From: Anaeramoeba ignava BMAN
Lineage: Eukaryota; Protista; Anaeramoebae
Direction of reading: 5' to 3'
Assembly: GCA_028826165.1 (NCBI GenBank)
Contig: JAPDFW010000038.1
Location: 1-57,615 of the forward strand
Length of the DNA: 57,615 nucleotides
In this document: positions 13,945-27,531 of the stretch, piece after piece
Position numbering within the stretch: the stretch's first letter is position 1
Layout: each line of letters starts with the position of its first letter
The notes under the pieces: generated by a model
Databases searched by the model: none
What the model was told of the DNA's origin: nothing
Seen by the model: only the letters and a program-made list of their open reading frames with translations
Position numbers and translations under genes: made by a program

Positions 13945-16215
13945 CAAATAAATAAAATAAATTTAATTAATAATTTATAAATATTTTGATTATTTAAATA
14001 ATTTAGATAAATAATATTTTTATATTTTTAAATAAATAAAATAAATAAAAATTAAATAATATTAATTGATAATTTATAAATATTTTTATTATTTAAATAA
14101 TTTATGTTTAAAATAATTATTATATATTTATAAATCACTTACTTTTTATTGTCTGATGTTTTCTATTTTGTTTTTCAAATAAATAAAATAAATTTAAATA
14201 AATAATTTATAAATATTTTTATTATTTAAATAATTTAGATAAATAATTTATGTTTAAAATATTATTTTATATCTTTTTAATTAAATATTGTTTTTGCTCT
14301 TTTTTCCAAATAAATAAAAACAAATTTAAAATTAAATTTAATTAATAATTTATAAATATTTTTGTTTATTTAAATAAATTAAATAATAATTTATGAGTAA
14401 AATTATATTTTTATATTTTTAATTAATTTTTTTTCCTTTTTTTTAATAAATAAAATAAATTTAAATTAAATAATTTTAATAAATAATTTATAAATATTTT
14501 GATTATTTAAATAATTTAAATAAATGATTTATAAAATAATAATTATATTTTTAATTTTTAAATTAAATATTTTTTTTTTTTTTTCCTTTTTAATAAATAA
14601 AATAAATAAAAATTAAATAATATTTAAATAATTTATAAATATTTTGATTATTTAAATAATTTAGATAAATAATTTATGTTTAAAAATAATAATTTAATAT
14701 TTTTAATTTAATTATTTTTTAATTTTTTAATTTGTTTTTTCCTTTTTTTTTAATAAATAAAATAAATTGAAATTAAATAATATTAATAAATAATTTATAA
14801 ATATTTTGTTTATTTAAATAATTTAGATAAATAATTTATGTTTAAAAAATAAATAATTTTTATTTTTAATTTAATTGTTTTTCTTTTTAATAAATAAAAT
14901 AAATTTAAATTAAAAATTTTTAATTTTTAAATTTTTTTTTTTTTTCTTTTTAATAAATAATTTAAATTAAAAATAAAATAATTAATAAATAATTTATAAA
15001 TATTTTGTTTATTTAAATAATTTAGATAAATAATTTATGTTTAAAATAATAATTTTTATATTTTTAATTTTAATTTTATTTTTAATTTGTTTTTTTTCCT
15101 TTTTAATAAATAAAATAAATTTAAAAATTAAATAATATTAATAAATAATTTATAAATATTTTGTTTATTTAAATAATTTAGATAAATAATTTATGTGTAA
15201 AATAATAATTTAATATTTTTAATTTAATTATTTTTAATTTTTAATTTAATTTTTCCTTTTAATAAATAAAAATAAATTAAAATTAAATAATATTAATAAA
15301 TAATTTATAAATATTTTTGATTATTTAAATAATTTAAATAAATAATTTATAATTTATAAAAATATAATTTTTAAATTTTTAATTTTTGTTTTTTAATATT
15401 AATTTTAATTTATAAATATTTTGATTATTTAATAATTTAAATAAATAAATGTGTAAAATAATTATATATTTTTAATTTAATTATTTTTAATTTTTAATTT
15501 GTTTTTTTCCTTTTTTTAATAAATAAAATAAATTGAAATTAAAAATTAAAATAATAATTTAAATAATTTATATTTATTTTTAATTTAATTATTTTAATTT
15601 TTGTTTTTCCTTTTTAATAAATAAAATAAATTGAAATTTAAAAATAAATAATTTTAAATATTTTTTATTTTAATTTAAATAAATAATTTATGTTTAAAAT
15701 AATTTTAATTTAAAATTATTTTTTTCTTTTTAATAAATTTTGAAATTAAATAAATAAAATTTAAATTTAAATAATTTAATATTTTTAATTTTAAATATTT
15801 TTAATTTTTTAAATAATTTTTAATAAATAAATTTGAAATTAAATAATAATTTAAATATTTTGATTATTTTTAATTTAATAAATAATTTATGTGTAAAAAT
15901 ATTTTTAATATTTTTAATTATTTTTAATTTTTAATTTGTGTTTTTTTCCTTTTTTTTAATAAATAAAATAAATTTAAATTAAATAATATTAATAAATAAT
16001 TTATAAATATTTTGATTATTTAAATAATTTAAATAAATAATTTATGTTTAAAATAATAATTTAATATTTTTAATTTAATTATTTTTAATTTTTTTAATTT
16101 GTTTTTTTCCTTTTTTAATAAATAAAATAAATTAAAATTAAATAATATTAATAAATAATTTATAAATATTTTGATTATTTAAATAATTTAGATAAATAAT
16201 TTATGTGTAAAATAA
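13945..16215. repeat. AT-rich tandem repeat, ~180-200 bp unit, directly upstream of the BTB gene
   Basis: Recurring AATAATTTATAAATATTTTG(A/T)TTATTTAAATAATTTAGATAAATAATTTATG(T)TTAAAA...TTTTCCTTTTTAATAAATAAAATAAA, about a dozen diverged copies. Confidence 0.85.
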
Positions 16216-16799
16216 TAAATATAAATAAATTACTTTTATTTCTTTGTGTTTACTTTTGTGAAAAAAATGAAAAAAAATGAAAAATTTGTTTTTATTTTTA
16301 TTTTTAATTAAAAAGAAAAAGAAAAAAGAAATTAAAAAGAAAATTTTTATTTATTAAGTTTTGAATAAATTTCAAAACAAATTGTTTATTTAATTTCTTT
16401 TTCAAAAATGAAATAAAATTGATAAAATTGTTCTTAATCATAATTTTTGAATTTTTTTAATTAAATTTATTTATTTTTTCCAAATATAAAATCAATTAAA
16501 ATATTTTTTTTGAAAGAATTTATAAATAAATTAAATCTATTTAAATATTGAATTTCTTTCTATTTTTTTTTTGGAAATAATTTAATAATAATTTTTAAAT
16601 CAAAACAATTCAATTCTATCTATTTTTTTTTTTGGAATTTAAATATTAATTCTATCTATTTTTGGAATTTAAATATTAATTCTATTAACAAAAAGAGAAA
16701 AATTTTTTGAATATTTTATATTTTGTAATAAAAAAATCAAGAAATATTTCTTTTTGGAAATGTTTTGATTTGAGTTTGAGGTTTATAAAGGAAATAAAT

Positions 16800-19700
16800 T
16801 TGAAAATTTTGTTGAATAAAAAAGAAAGGAATAAATAAATAATAAATAGTTTTTTCAAAGTTATTAAAAAGTAAAATTAAATAAAATCTTCCAAAATTTG
16901 AAGATAAATATTTTAAAGAAGATTTGTTGAGTATTTATATAATAATTGATTTATCTCTATAATATTTGTGAATTTGGAAATATTTTGAAATCAAATTTGT
17001 TTTGGATTATATTTTGGATTAAGTAAATGAACAGATATCATGTTTTTTAAAAAGAATTTTGAATATTTCTTGATTAAATTGATTTAAATAATAAATTCAA
17101 TAAGAGTTAGAATTTTGATATTTATATCATTTTCCAATATTTAAGTAAAGAGAATTGAAATTTAAAAGTGATTTGGGATTTTGAAGATTATTTTCATTTG
17201 TTTCATTTTGTTTTTCCAATAAGGATTTAATTTCTCAATTTTAAAGAAGTTAGAATTTATAAATAATTTTTGTTGTTGTTAAATAATTAAGATTAATGAA
17301 CAGAAATAACTTGTTATTGTTTAGAATTTTGTGAATTTAAATTGGATTTGAAATTGAATTTAATATTTTGAAAAAGAGTTTTCTTGTTTGATATTAATGG
17401 AAATATCTTCAAAATGGAATGATTAATAAATATTTATGATTAGGAATTTTGTAATTTTATCAATTATTTTGGAGAAATGAAGAATAATTTTGTAATAAAT
17501 AATTTTGTATTAATTAAATTAAATTAAATTAAATTAAATTTATTGATAAAATTGAGTTCTATCTGTTATATTTTTTGAATAAATTAAATAGAAGTATATT
17601 TCCTTGAAATAAATAAATAAAGAATTTGTGAATATTATTGAAATTATTAAGAAATGTATTTTCAATTCAATTCAATTTAATATTCTTTTTCTTGAAGAAA
17701 ATAATTGAATAATAATTTTGAAATGGAAATAAATAATATTCTGGAAACTGGAAATATTTCTAAAGAAAGGATATATAAATTATTCAAAAATGTTGTTGAA
17801 TTTTGTTAATTTTGTTTTAGAATATAAAAAGTTGTAATTAATCATCAATTTCAAAATATTTGTGGAAAATATTCTTTTTGTGTGTATTGAATAATTGATA
17901 TTTACAAATAAAAGGAGAAATATTTTGTGAAGATTTGTGAAAATAAGTATTCATTGATATCAGTAATTTTTTATTCAAAAAAAAATATTCAAGAAATATA
18001 TTTTGATTTTATCTTTTTTTTAAGTTTCAAGAAAATGGAAAAAATTTCAATAATTTCAATATTTGGTTAATTGTTTATTTGTGATATTTTGATTCAAGAA
18101 AGAAATAAATATTCAAATTAAAATTTTAAGTTATTGAATATATGTATCAAGTATTTCCAATGCAAAAGTAAATTGAAGATATTTAAATAATTTTCATAAA
18201 TTCTTGAAATAATAAAAATGGAAATAAGTATTTCTATTTATGGATTAAATTGTTGAATATATATAAGATAGATATTTTTGTTGTTGATAATAATTTAAAT
18301 TCTTCTTTCTTTTCATAATATAAATCAAATAAAATAATCTTGAAAAATTGTGAGATTTGAGAAATATTGATTAAATTGGAAGAAAATATTTCTGTAATGA
18401 TGTAAACAGTTAGAAAGTTTGTTTTTGAAAGGAAAATGAATGAAAATTGTTGTATATTCAATATTAAAAGATCAAATAAGTGTTGAAATATTTTGGAAAT
18501 CAAATATATTTTTTTCTTTTTTATTGTAAATGTTTCAATTTGTGGATTATCTCTTAATTGTTATTCTATTTTTCTTAATAGAAAAATCTATATTAAATAA
18601 AATTCTTTCTTTCTTTCTTTCTTCTTTTAAATTTCTTTTTAAAATATCCAATAATATTAAATATCAATACTTTTCATTTAATTCAAATATTAAAATGAAT
18701 TCTGTAATAAGATCTATAAAAAACAGGAGAAACAAATAAGAATTAATAAAATATTTCATGTGTTAATTATAGATTTTTAAGGAAATATTTTGGTTATTAA
18801 TTTAATTCACACAAATTTCTTCTTCTTCTTTTTTTCGAATAAGAAATAACATTAAAAAGAGAATATAAAGGTTTTTCTTTATAATATCAATAAATAGATT
18901 ATGAAAATACAGTAAGCTTATTATTGTTTGTTTTATGTTAATTTCTTTTTTTGATTTTGAAATGTAGAATTGTTTTAAAATATCAATTTTAAGTTCTTTT
19001 TCTTTTTCTTCTGTAAAATATTCCATAATAATATTTGGTTTTATCTTGATATTTGATTTATTGATTTCAAATTTTTTTTCAATTAGATTCAATCTATTTT
19101 CTTTGTGTTTCTATTCAAAGATTCTGTTTTAATATCAATTTTATCAAGTGAAATATATATTTTTTATTGTATTATTTTTGAATTGAGAAAAGAGATATAA
19201 TGTTATTGATGAATTTTTTTTTTGATTTAATACAAAGGTGAAAACTTGAATATTTATCAATTTGATTTCCTTTTTCTTTTATTATTATTTTTTTTTGTTT
19301 TTGCAATTAAATTTTCATAATCAAAATTAATGTAAATTTGATTTGATTTTCTTTTAAATATTATGAAGAGATATATTTATTTTGTTGATTATAATTTTGT
19401 TTGAATTTCATTTCAATTTGTAAATAATTTGATAATTTAAATTATTTGTTTTTTGATAATTGAAATTTATTGTTAGATTTTTTTTTTGTAGAGAAAATGT
19501 ATCAATTTTGATTTTTGATTTGGGAATTTTGTTTCATAATTTTATTCAATTAATGTAATAAGTTTCATTTTCAAAATTATTTTTTTTTTGAATATAAGGA
19601 AATATTTTATAAATTTTTGAGAGTTTTTATTTGATAAATTCTATTGTATTCCTTTTTTAAATAAATAAAAAAATTATTTTGGAATTTGAATTAAAAAAAA

Positions 19701-19880
19701 TTTTAAATCAAATAAAATAATTTACTATTGAATAATAATCATCTTCTTCAATTTTCTAAATTGTTTTAATAATTATTTCTTGAATAAAATCAACAATTTC
19801 AAATCATTTTTTGAAGCAAAGAAATTTGAAATTTTCTTTAATAATAATATCTAAATATTTCTTCAATTTTAATTTCTTCA
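16800..19880 (-). pseudogene. Decayed protein-coding region, unidentified (helical-repeat-like composition)
   Basis: Codon-like minus-strand sequence with residual ORF fragments 18234-18503 and 18802-19092 (I/L/F/K/E-rich), interrupted by many stops. No diagnostic motif. Confidence 0.35.
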
Positions 19881-19894
19881 TTATTAATTTTAAC

Positions 19895-21250
19895 ATATTT
19901 ATATTTATTTTTAAATCAATTTTAAATTAATTTAGATAATAAAATCCTTTTTATAAATTATATAAATAAATTATTTTACATTTTAATTTTAATTTTTATT
20001 ATTTAATTTTTTGATTAAATTTATATTAAAAATGTTTAAATTATTTTATTAATTATTTAATAAGTAAAATAAATAATAAAATTATATTTTATATTATTAA
20101 TTTATTTCAAATTAATTTATACTTTAAATTTAATTAAATATTATTATTTAAAATTATTTAAAATTATTTTATTTTTTTGGAAATAAAATTAATTAAATTT
20201 AATTTTTTTTGATTTAAATTTATATTTATTTTTAAATCAATTTTGAATTAATTTAGATAATAAAATCTTTTTATAAATTATATAAATAAATTATTTTATA
20301 TTTTAATTTTAATTTTAATTATTTAATTTTTGATTAAATTTATATTAAAAATGTTTAAATTATTTTATTAATTATTTTAATAAATTAAATAAAAATAATA
20401 AAAAATTATTTTATATTATTAATTTATTTCAAAATTAATTTAATAAATTTAATTAAATAAAATTTATTATTTTAAAATTATTTTATTTTTTTGGAAATAA
20501 AATTAATTAAATTTATTTTTGATTTAAATTTATATTTATTTTTAAATCGAATTAATTTAGATAATAAATTCTTTTTATAAATTATATAAATAAATTATTT
20601 TATATTTTAATTAACATTTTCTCTTTTATTTTTTTTTATAATTTTGTTTTTAAAATTTTTATTTGATTTTTCTTTTTATTTTCTTTTTATTTTTAATTTA
20701 GAAAAACAAAAATGAAAAATGAATAAAAGTTTTTTAATTAAAAAATTTTAAATTTTTAAATTTTTTATTAATTTTAAATAAAATTATTTTAAAAAATTTT
20801 TAAAATCAATTTTGATTTAATTTAATAATAAAAATAAAAATCTTTAAATTTTTTATAAATAATTTATTTAAATTAAATTTTATTTTATTTATTTTTTAAT
20901 AATAAATTCTTTTTAAAATCATTTCTTAATTAAATAAAATTTTATTTAATTTTGTTTTCTTATTTCTTTTTTATTTTTTTAATTTAGAAATCATTTCTTA
21001 ATTAATTTTATTGCGAAATAGTAAATTAATTATTATTAAAAATTAAATAATAAATTCTTTTTAAAATCATTTCTTAATTAATTTTATTGCAAAATAATAA
21101 ATAAATTATAATTAAAATTTAAAAATTTAAATAATTTTTTTTTTAAATTTATTTCTTTATTTTTAATTTTAATTTAATATTAATAATAAATTCTTTTTAA
21201 AATCATTTCTTAATTAATTTTATTGCAAAATAATAAATAAATTATAATTA
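19895..21250. repeat. AT-rich tandem duplications (~310-320 bp unit x3, then ~140 bp unit x3)
   Basis: TTATATTTATTTTTAAATC...AATTAATTTAGATAATAAA recurs at ~19900, ~20220 and ~20530. AATAAATTCTTTTTAAAATCATTTCTTAATTAA recurs at ~20900, ~21048 and ~21185. Confidence 0.7.
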
Positions 21251-22001
21251 AAAATTAATTTGAATTGAATATTTTTTTAGTGTTTGGTGTTTCCTTTCAT
21301 TTTCTAAAGGTAATTTTTATATTTATATTTATATTTATAAATATTCTTTGAAAAGAAAAAAAAATGAAAAAATGAAAAATGAAAAATGAATTTGGAAATT
21401 TAAAAATAAAAATTATTAAAAAACAAAAACAAAAACAAAAACAAAAAACAAAAAATGAATTAGAAATAAATTATTGATTTATTTTATTTTATTATTTATT
21501 AATCAATTAATGATATTTTCCAAAATCAAAATCAAAATTTATTTATTATTTAAAAATAAAAACAAAATAAATAAAGTAATTTAAAATGATAAATAATTTA
21601 GAATAATAGATAAATCTAATTTAATCTAATTTAATTTAATTTAATTGAAAAAAGAAATTCCATTAATTAATTTTGATAAATTATAATTATAAATAATGAT
21701 AGATATTAATAAATATAAATTTAGATTTTTTTTGGAATTATTTTTATTTTGGAAATGGAGATGAATAAAATAAAATAAAATAAAATAAAATAAACATTTT
21801 ATCTAATATAAATATAAATATAAAAATAAAATAGAATAAATATTAATTATAAATAGAATAAAATTAATTAATTAATTAATTTATTTTTGGAAATTAAAAT
21901 AAACTTACAAATAATAAATTAGTTAATAAAGTAATTTTTGGATTTAGATATTAAATTTACTTGAAATAAAATAATATATAAATATAAATATAAATATAAA
22001 T

Positions 22002-22174
22002 ATAAGAAAGGATCATATCGCGTACTTTGTCGTTTTTCGAGTAAATGCCCCAATGTCTTTCAACTTCACCTCCCCCAATGCACCGGCCTTCGGCCTCTCC
22101 GCTACGCTACGGCGGGGAGGCTCAGTTGACGACTTGGGGCTTTACACGAAGACGACAAATGTCGCGTTTCTTAT
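22002..22174. other. GC-rich imperfect palindrome (rod with branched tip), copy 1
   Basis: Nested complementary arms ATAAGAAA/TTTCTTAT, CGCG/CGCG, TTTGTCGT/ACGACAAA, TTCG/CGAA, GTAAA/TTTAC, GCCCCAA/TTGGGGC, GTC/GAC, TCAACT/AGTTGA and CCTCCCC/GGGGAGG. The tip contains GGCC-TTC-GGCC and CCGC-TACGCTACG-GCGG. Confidence 0.85.
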
Positions 22175-22294
22175 TTATTTCTTTTCATTATTGTTCTTAT
22201 ATTGTTCAATTTTGATTAGAATTATTAATTATTAAATTGATTTTAAATTGATTTAATTTGGATTGATTAATAATTAATAATTAGAAATAAATAA

Positions 22295-22390
22295 GGGCGT
22301 AGACTCGGGTGAGTATGTTAACACCAGCTTTTTCTTTGGGCGGGTGGCTAATTTCAAAGCTTAAAACATTGCCAAAGATGAACATCCCCC
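22295..22390. other. Second GC-rich, partly self-complementary block beside the hairpin, copy 1
   Basis: GGGCGTAGACTCGGGTGAGTATGTT...CTTTGGGC...GCCAAAG...AACATCCCCC. Identical copy at 39970-40065. Confidence 0.55.
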
Positions 22391-22874
22391 TTTTTTATTT
22401 TTTATTTTTTATTTTTATTTTTATTTTTATTTTTATTTTTATTTTTATTTTCAATAGATTTATTTATATATTATATATATAAAAAAAAAGAAAAATGAAA
22501 GAAGAAGAAAAAAATGAATTCCACTTTTAAAAAAAAAAATCCACAAAAACATTTTTCCATTTTTCATTTCAATTTTTTATTTAAATTTAGAATAATTTTA
22601 ATTAAGGAATTGTATCTAAATTTCAATTACTTTGAAAGTTTATATTTATATTTATTTTCATTTTCATTTTTTTTTGTTTATATTATTTATTTACTTCAAT
22701 CTTTTATTATTTATTTATTTATTTATTTATTAATTAATTAAAATCTAAAATAATTTTTAATTTATAAATAAATAAATAAATAATTAATTAATTAATTACA
22801 TTCAAAGTTTACATGATTTTTATTTTGATTTTGATTTTGATTTTGATTTTGATTTTGATTTTCAAAAATGTTCA

Positions 22875-23202
<328 letters not shown>

Positions 23203-23377
23203 AAAATCATTTCTTTTATTTATAAATTGAAAATATAAATATAAATATAAATATAAAATAAATATAAAAAAAATAAACATAAATTAAAAATCAAATCTTT
23301 AAAAATGAAAATAAATCAATTCAAAAATTTATTCAATAGTTTCTAAATCATTTTTAAAAGCCAAATAAATAAATATC

Positions 23378-24745
23378 AATCTGAAAATAAATCTAAAAAT
23401 AAATCTTAAAATAAATCTTAAAATAAATCTAAAAATAAATCTGAAAATAAATCTGAAAATAAATCTTAAAATAAATAACAAATAAATCTGAAAATCAATC
23501 TGAAAATAAATCTAAAAATCAATCTTAAAATAAATCTAAAAATAAATCTTAAAATAAATCTAAAAATAAATCTTAAAATAAATCTGAAAATAAATCTGAA
23601 AATAAATCTAAAAATAAATCTGAAAATCAATCTAAAAATAAATCTGAAAATAAATCTGAAAATAAATCTAAAAATAAATCTAAAAATAAATCTAAAAATA
23701 AATCTGAAAATAAATCTGAAAATAAATCTGAAAATAAATCTGAAAATAAATCTAAAAAATAAAATGAAAATAAATCTTTTGAAAAAATAAATCTGAAAAT
23801 AAATCTGAAAATAAATCTAAAAATAAATCTTAAAATCAATCTGAAAATAAATCTTAAAATAAATCTGAAAATAAATCTGAAAATAAATCTTAAAATCAAT
23901 CTGAAAATAAATCTGAAAATAAATCTGAAAATAAATCTGAAAATCAATCTGAAAATAAATCTTAAAAATCAATCTGAAAATAAATCTGAAAATAAATCTG
24001 AAAATAAATCTGAAAATAAATCTGAAAATAAATCTTAAAAATCAATCTGAAAATAAATCTGAAAATAAATCTGAAAATAAATCTAAAAATAAATCTGAAA
24101 ATAAATCTGAAAATAAATCTGAAAATAAATCTGAAAATAAATCTGAAAATAAATCTGAAAATAAATCTGAAAATAAATCTAAAAATAAATCTGAAAATAA
24201 ATCTGAAAATAAATCTGAAAATAAATCTGAAAATAAAATCAAAATAAATCTAAAAATAAATCTTAAAAATCAATCTGAAAATAAATCTTAAAATAAATCT
24301 TAAAATCAATCTGAAAATAAATCTTAAAATAAATCTGAAAATAAATCTGAAAATAAATCTGAAAATAAATCTGAAAATAAATCTGAAAATAAATCTGAAA
24401 ATAAATCTGAAAATAAATCTGAAAATAAATCTGAAAATAAATCTAAAAATAAAAAAAAAATAAATCTGAAAAATAAATGAAAAAATCAAAAATCGAAATA
24501 AATCTTAAAATCAATCTGAAAATAAATCTAAAAATAAATCTTAAAATAAATCTGAAAATAAATCTGAAAATCAATCTGAAAATCAATCTGAAAATAAATC
24601 TGAAAATAAATCTTAAAAATCAATCTGAAAATCAATCTGAAAATAAATCTGAAAATAAATCTGAAAATAAATCTGAAAATAAATCTTAAAATAAATCTTA
24701 AAATAAATCTGAAAATCAATCTGAAAATCAATCTGAAAATCAATC
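23378..24745. repeat. 12-bp minisatellite (AAAATAAATCTG, variants ..TCAATC.. and ..CTT/CTA)
   Basis: About 110 units. The same array sits at the homologous module position at ~35045, ~40860, ~49725 and ~55843. Confidence 0.95.
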
Positions 24746-25937
24746 AATTTATTTTTCGTTATTTTTGTTTTAAATTATTAACAACAACAACAACAAGAAC
24801 AATAACAACAATAAGAAATTTCCTTCAATAAATGTAAATTAAAATTAAAATTAAAAATTAAAAATTTAGAATTAATATTAATAAATTTATTTTGTTAATG
24901 AATAGTTTTTTTGTTTTGATTATTGATATTGAAAGAAAAATTGATTTTAATTATTATTATTATTAATATTAATATTGATTATTTTTTGATTTTTTGATTT
25001 TTGATTACATTTTAAATAATTAAAAAGATTTTGTTAATTATTTTTGAATCTTATATTAATTAATTTAGAATCAATTAATTAATTAATTAATTATAAATTC
25101 TTTTCATTTTTGATTTTTGATTTTTGATTTTTGATTTTATAAAGATTACATTAATTAAAATGTTTTTGAAAGTGAATTTATTTTTTTGTTTTTTGTTTTT
25201 AAAAAATAAAAGCACTAATCAAAATTTTCAATTTAAAACCTATTTAACCTAATAAAAATAATAAATAAAATAAATATAAAATTAATAATAGAAATAAAAT
25301 AATTAATTTAAATTTATTATTTAATTATTTATAATTGAAATAAAAATAATAAAAATATTAAATTAAATAATTAATAATAAAAATTAATAATAAAATATAA
25401 TTTTATAATTTGAAATAAATATAAAATTAATAATAGAAATAAAATAATTAATTTAAATTTATTATTTAATTATTTATAATTGAAATAAAAATAAAATTAA
25501 ATTTTTAAATTTTTAAATAAATAAATAAATAAATTTACTTTTGAATTGAATTGAATTGAATTGAATTGAATTGGATTGGATTGAATATTTTATTAGTTTT
25601 TGAGATTTCCTTTCATTTTGTGAAGGTAATTTTTATTTTTATTTTTATTTATTTTTATATTTATTCTTCTAAGAAAAAAAAAATGAAAAAAATGAAAAAT
25701 GAAAATTGAAAAATGAAAAAATGAAAATTAGAAATAATTTATTAATTAATTAATTAATGATATTTTCCAAATCAAAAATCCATTTATTTATAAATAAAAA
25801 TATAAATAAAAATAATTTGGAATAAATTAATAAATGAATAATAATAAATAAATAAATAAATAAATAATCAGATAAATTGAATCTAATCTAATCTAATCTA
25901 ATCTAAATGAAGTGAAAAAGAAGTTTCATTAATTCAA

Positions 25938-25998
<61 letters not shown>

Positions 25999-27531
25999 AA
26001 TTAATTAAATAATTAATTAATTTTGGTAAATTGTGGATTATAAATAATGATTTTTTTTTGGAAGAATTGAAAATGAATAAAATAAACATTTTATCTAATA
26101 TAAAAATAAAAATATAAGTAAAATTAATTAATTAATTTATAAATTTATAAATTTTGTGAATTAAAATAAAATTACAAGTAAATTAGTTAATAAAGTAGTT
26201 TTGGATTTAGATATTAAATTGTCTTGAAATAAAAAGTTTTCAAAATAAATAAAAATAATTAATTAAATAATTAATAATAAAAATAAATAATAAAATATAA
26301 TTTTATAATTTAAATTAAATATAAAATTAATAATAGAAATAAAATCAATAATTTAAATTTATTAATAATAAAAATAAATAATAAAATATAATTTTATAAT
26401 TTAAATTAAATATAAAATTAAGAATAGAAATAAAATCAATAATTTAAATTTATTAATAATAAAAATAAATAATAAATAATAAAATAATAAATATTTTAAA
26501 ATGAATACAGACATTTTAAGGAATTCCAAAAACTTATAAAAAAATTAATAATCAATTATTTTTTTATTTTTTATTTTTATTTTTATGGAATATTTTGAAT
26601 CAATAAAAAAAGAAAAGAAAAGAAAAAGAAAAATTGGATTTTTAATTTATTTATTTTAGATAAAAATATTAAAAGAAATGAAACAAACAAAACAAAACAA
26701 ATTTGATGATTTTTTTTTGTTTCTAAATAAAACATATAAAAATAATATCAATTTGATTTTGTTTTTATATTTATATTTAGATTTTATTTTCAGAACAAAT
26801 TATCAATAGATTTTGAATTTTGAATTTGATTTAAATTTTGATTTAATTTTGAATTTAAATTTTGATTTAAATTTGAATTGAATTTGATTTAAATTTTGAT
26901 TTAAATTTTGATTTAAATTTTGATTTAAATTTTGAATTTAATTTTGAATTTTGAATTTGAATTTGAATTTGATTTAAATTTTGATTTAAATTTTGATTTA
27001 AATTTTGATTTAAATTTTGATTTAAATTTTGATTTAAATTTGATTTAAATTTTGATTTAAATTTTGATTTAAATTTTGATTTAAATTTTGATTTAAATTT
27101 TGATTTAAATTTGGATTTAAATTTGGATTTAAATTTTGGAAATGAAAAAAAAATGAAATGAATTAGAAATAAATTATTGATTGATTATTGATTAATTGAT
27201 TGATATTTTCCAAATCAAAATTTATTTATAAAAATAAAATAATTTAAAATAATAAATAAATAAATAATAAATAATAATCAGATAAATTGAATCTAAATGA
27301 AGTGAAAAAGAAATTTAATTAATTAATTACCTTTGATAAATTATAAATATAAATAATGATATAAATAAGTATAAATTTAGATTTTTGAAATTATTGATTT
27401 TTTATTTTTGAATTTAAATTTATAAATTATTTTGTTATAAATTTGTTTATAATATATATAAATAAATTGATTTTTTTTATTTTTAATTTAAATTATAAAT
27501 AAATTGAAAATTAAATTTATATATTTTATAT

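Noticed and set aside
22053-22235. 60-aa ORF MSFNFTSPNAP (duplicate at 39728) and 80-aa ORF at 39984
   Set aside because: These are by-products of the GC-rich palindrome running into AT-rich or simple-repeat sequence. No protein motif.
22002-22390. tRNA, 5S, SRP RNA or snRNA identity for the GC island
   Set aside because: No cloverleaf or T-loop, no SRP helix-8 motif, and no recognisable snRNA sequence on either strand by eye. An Rfam search is still needed.
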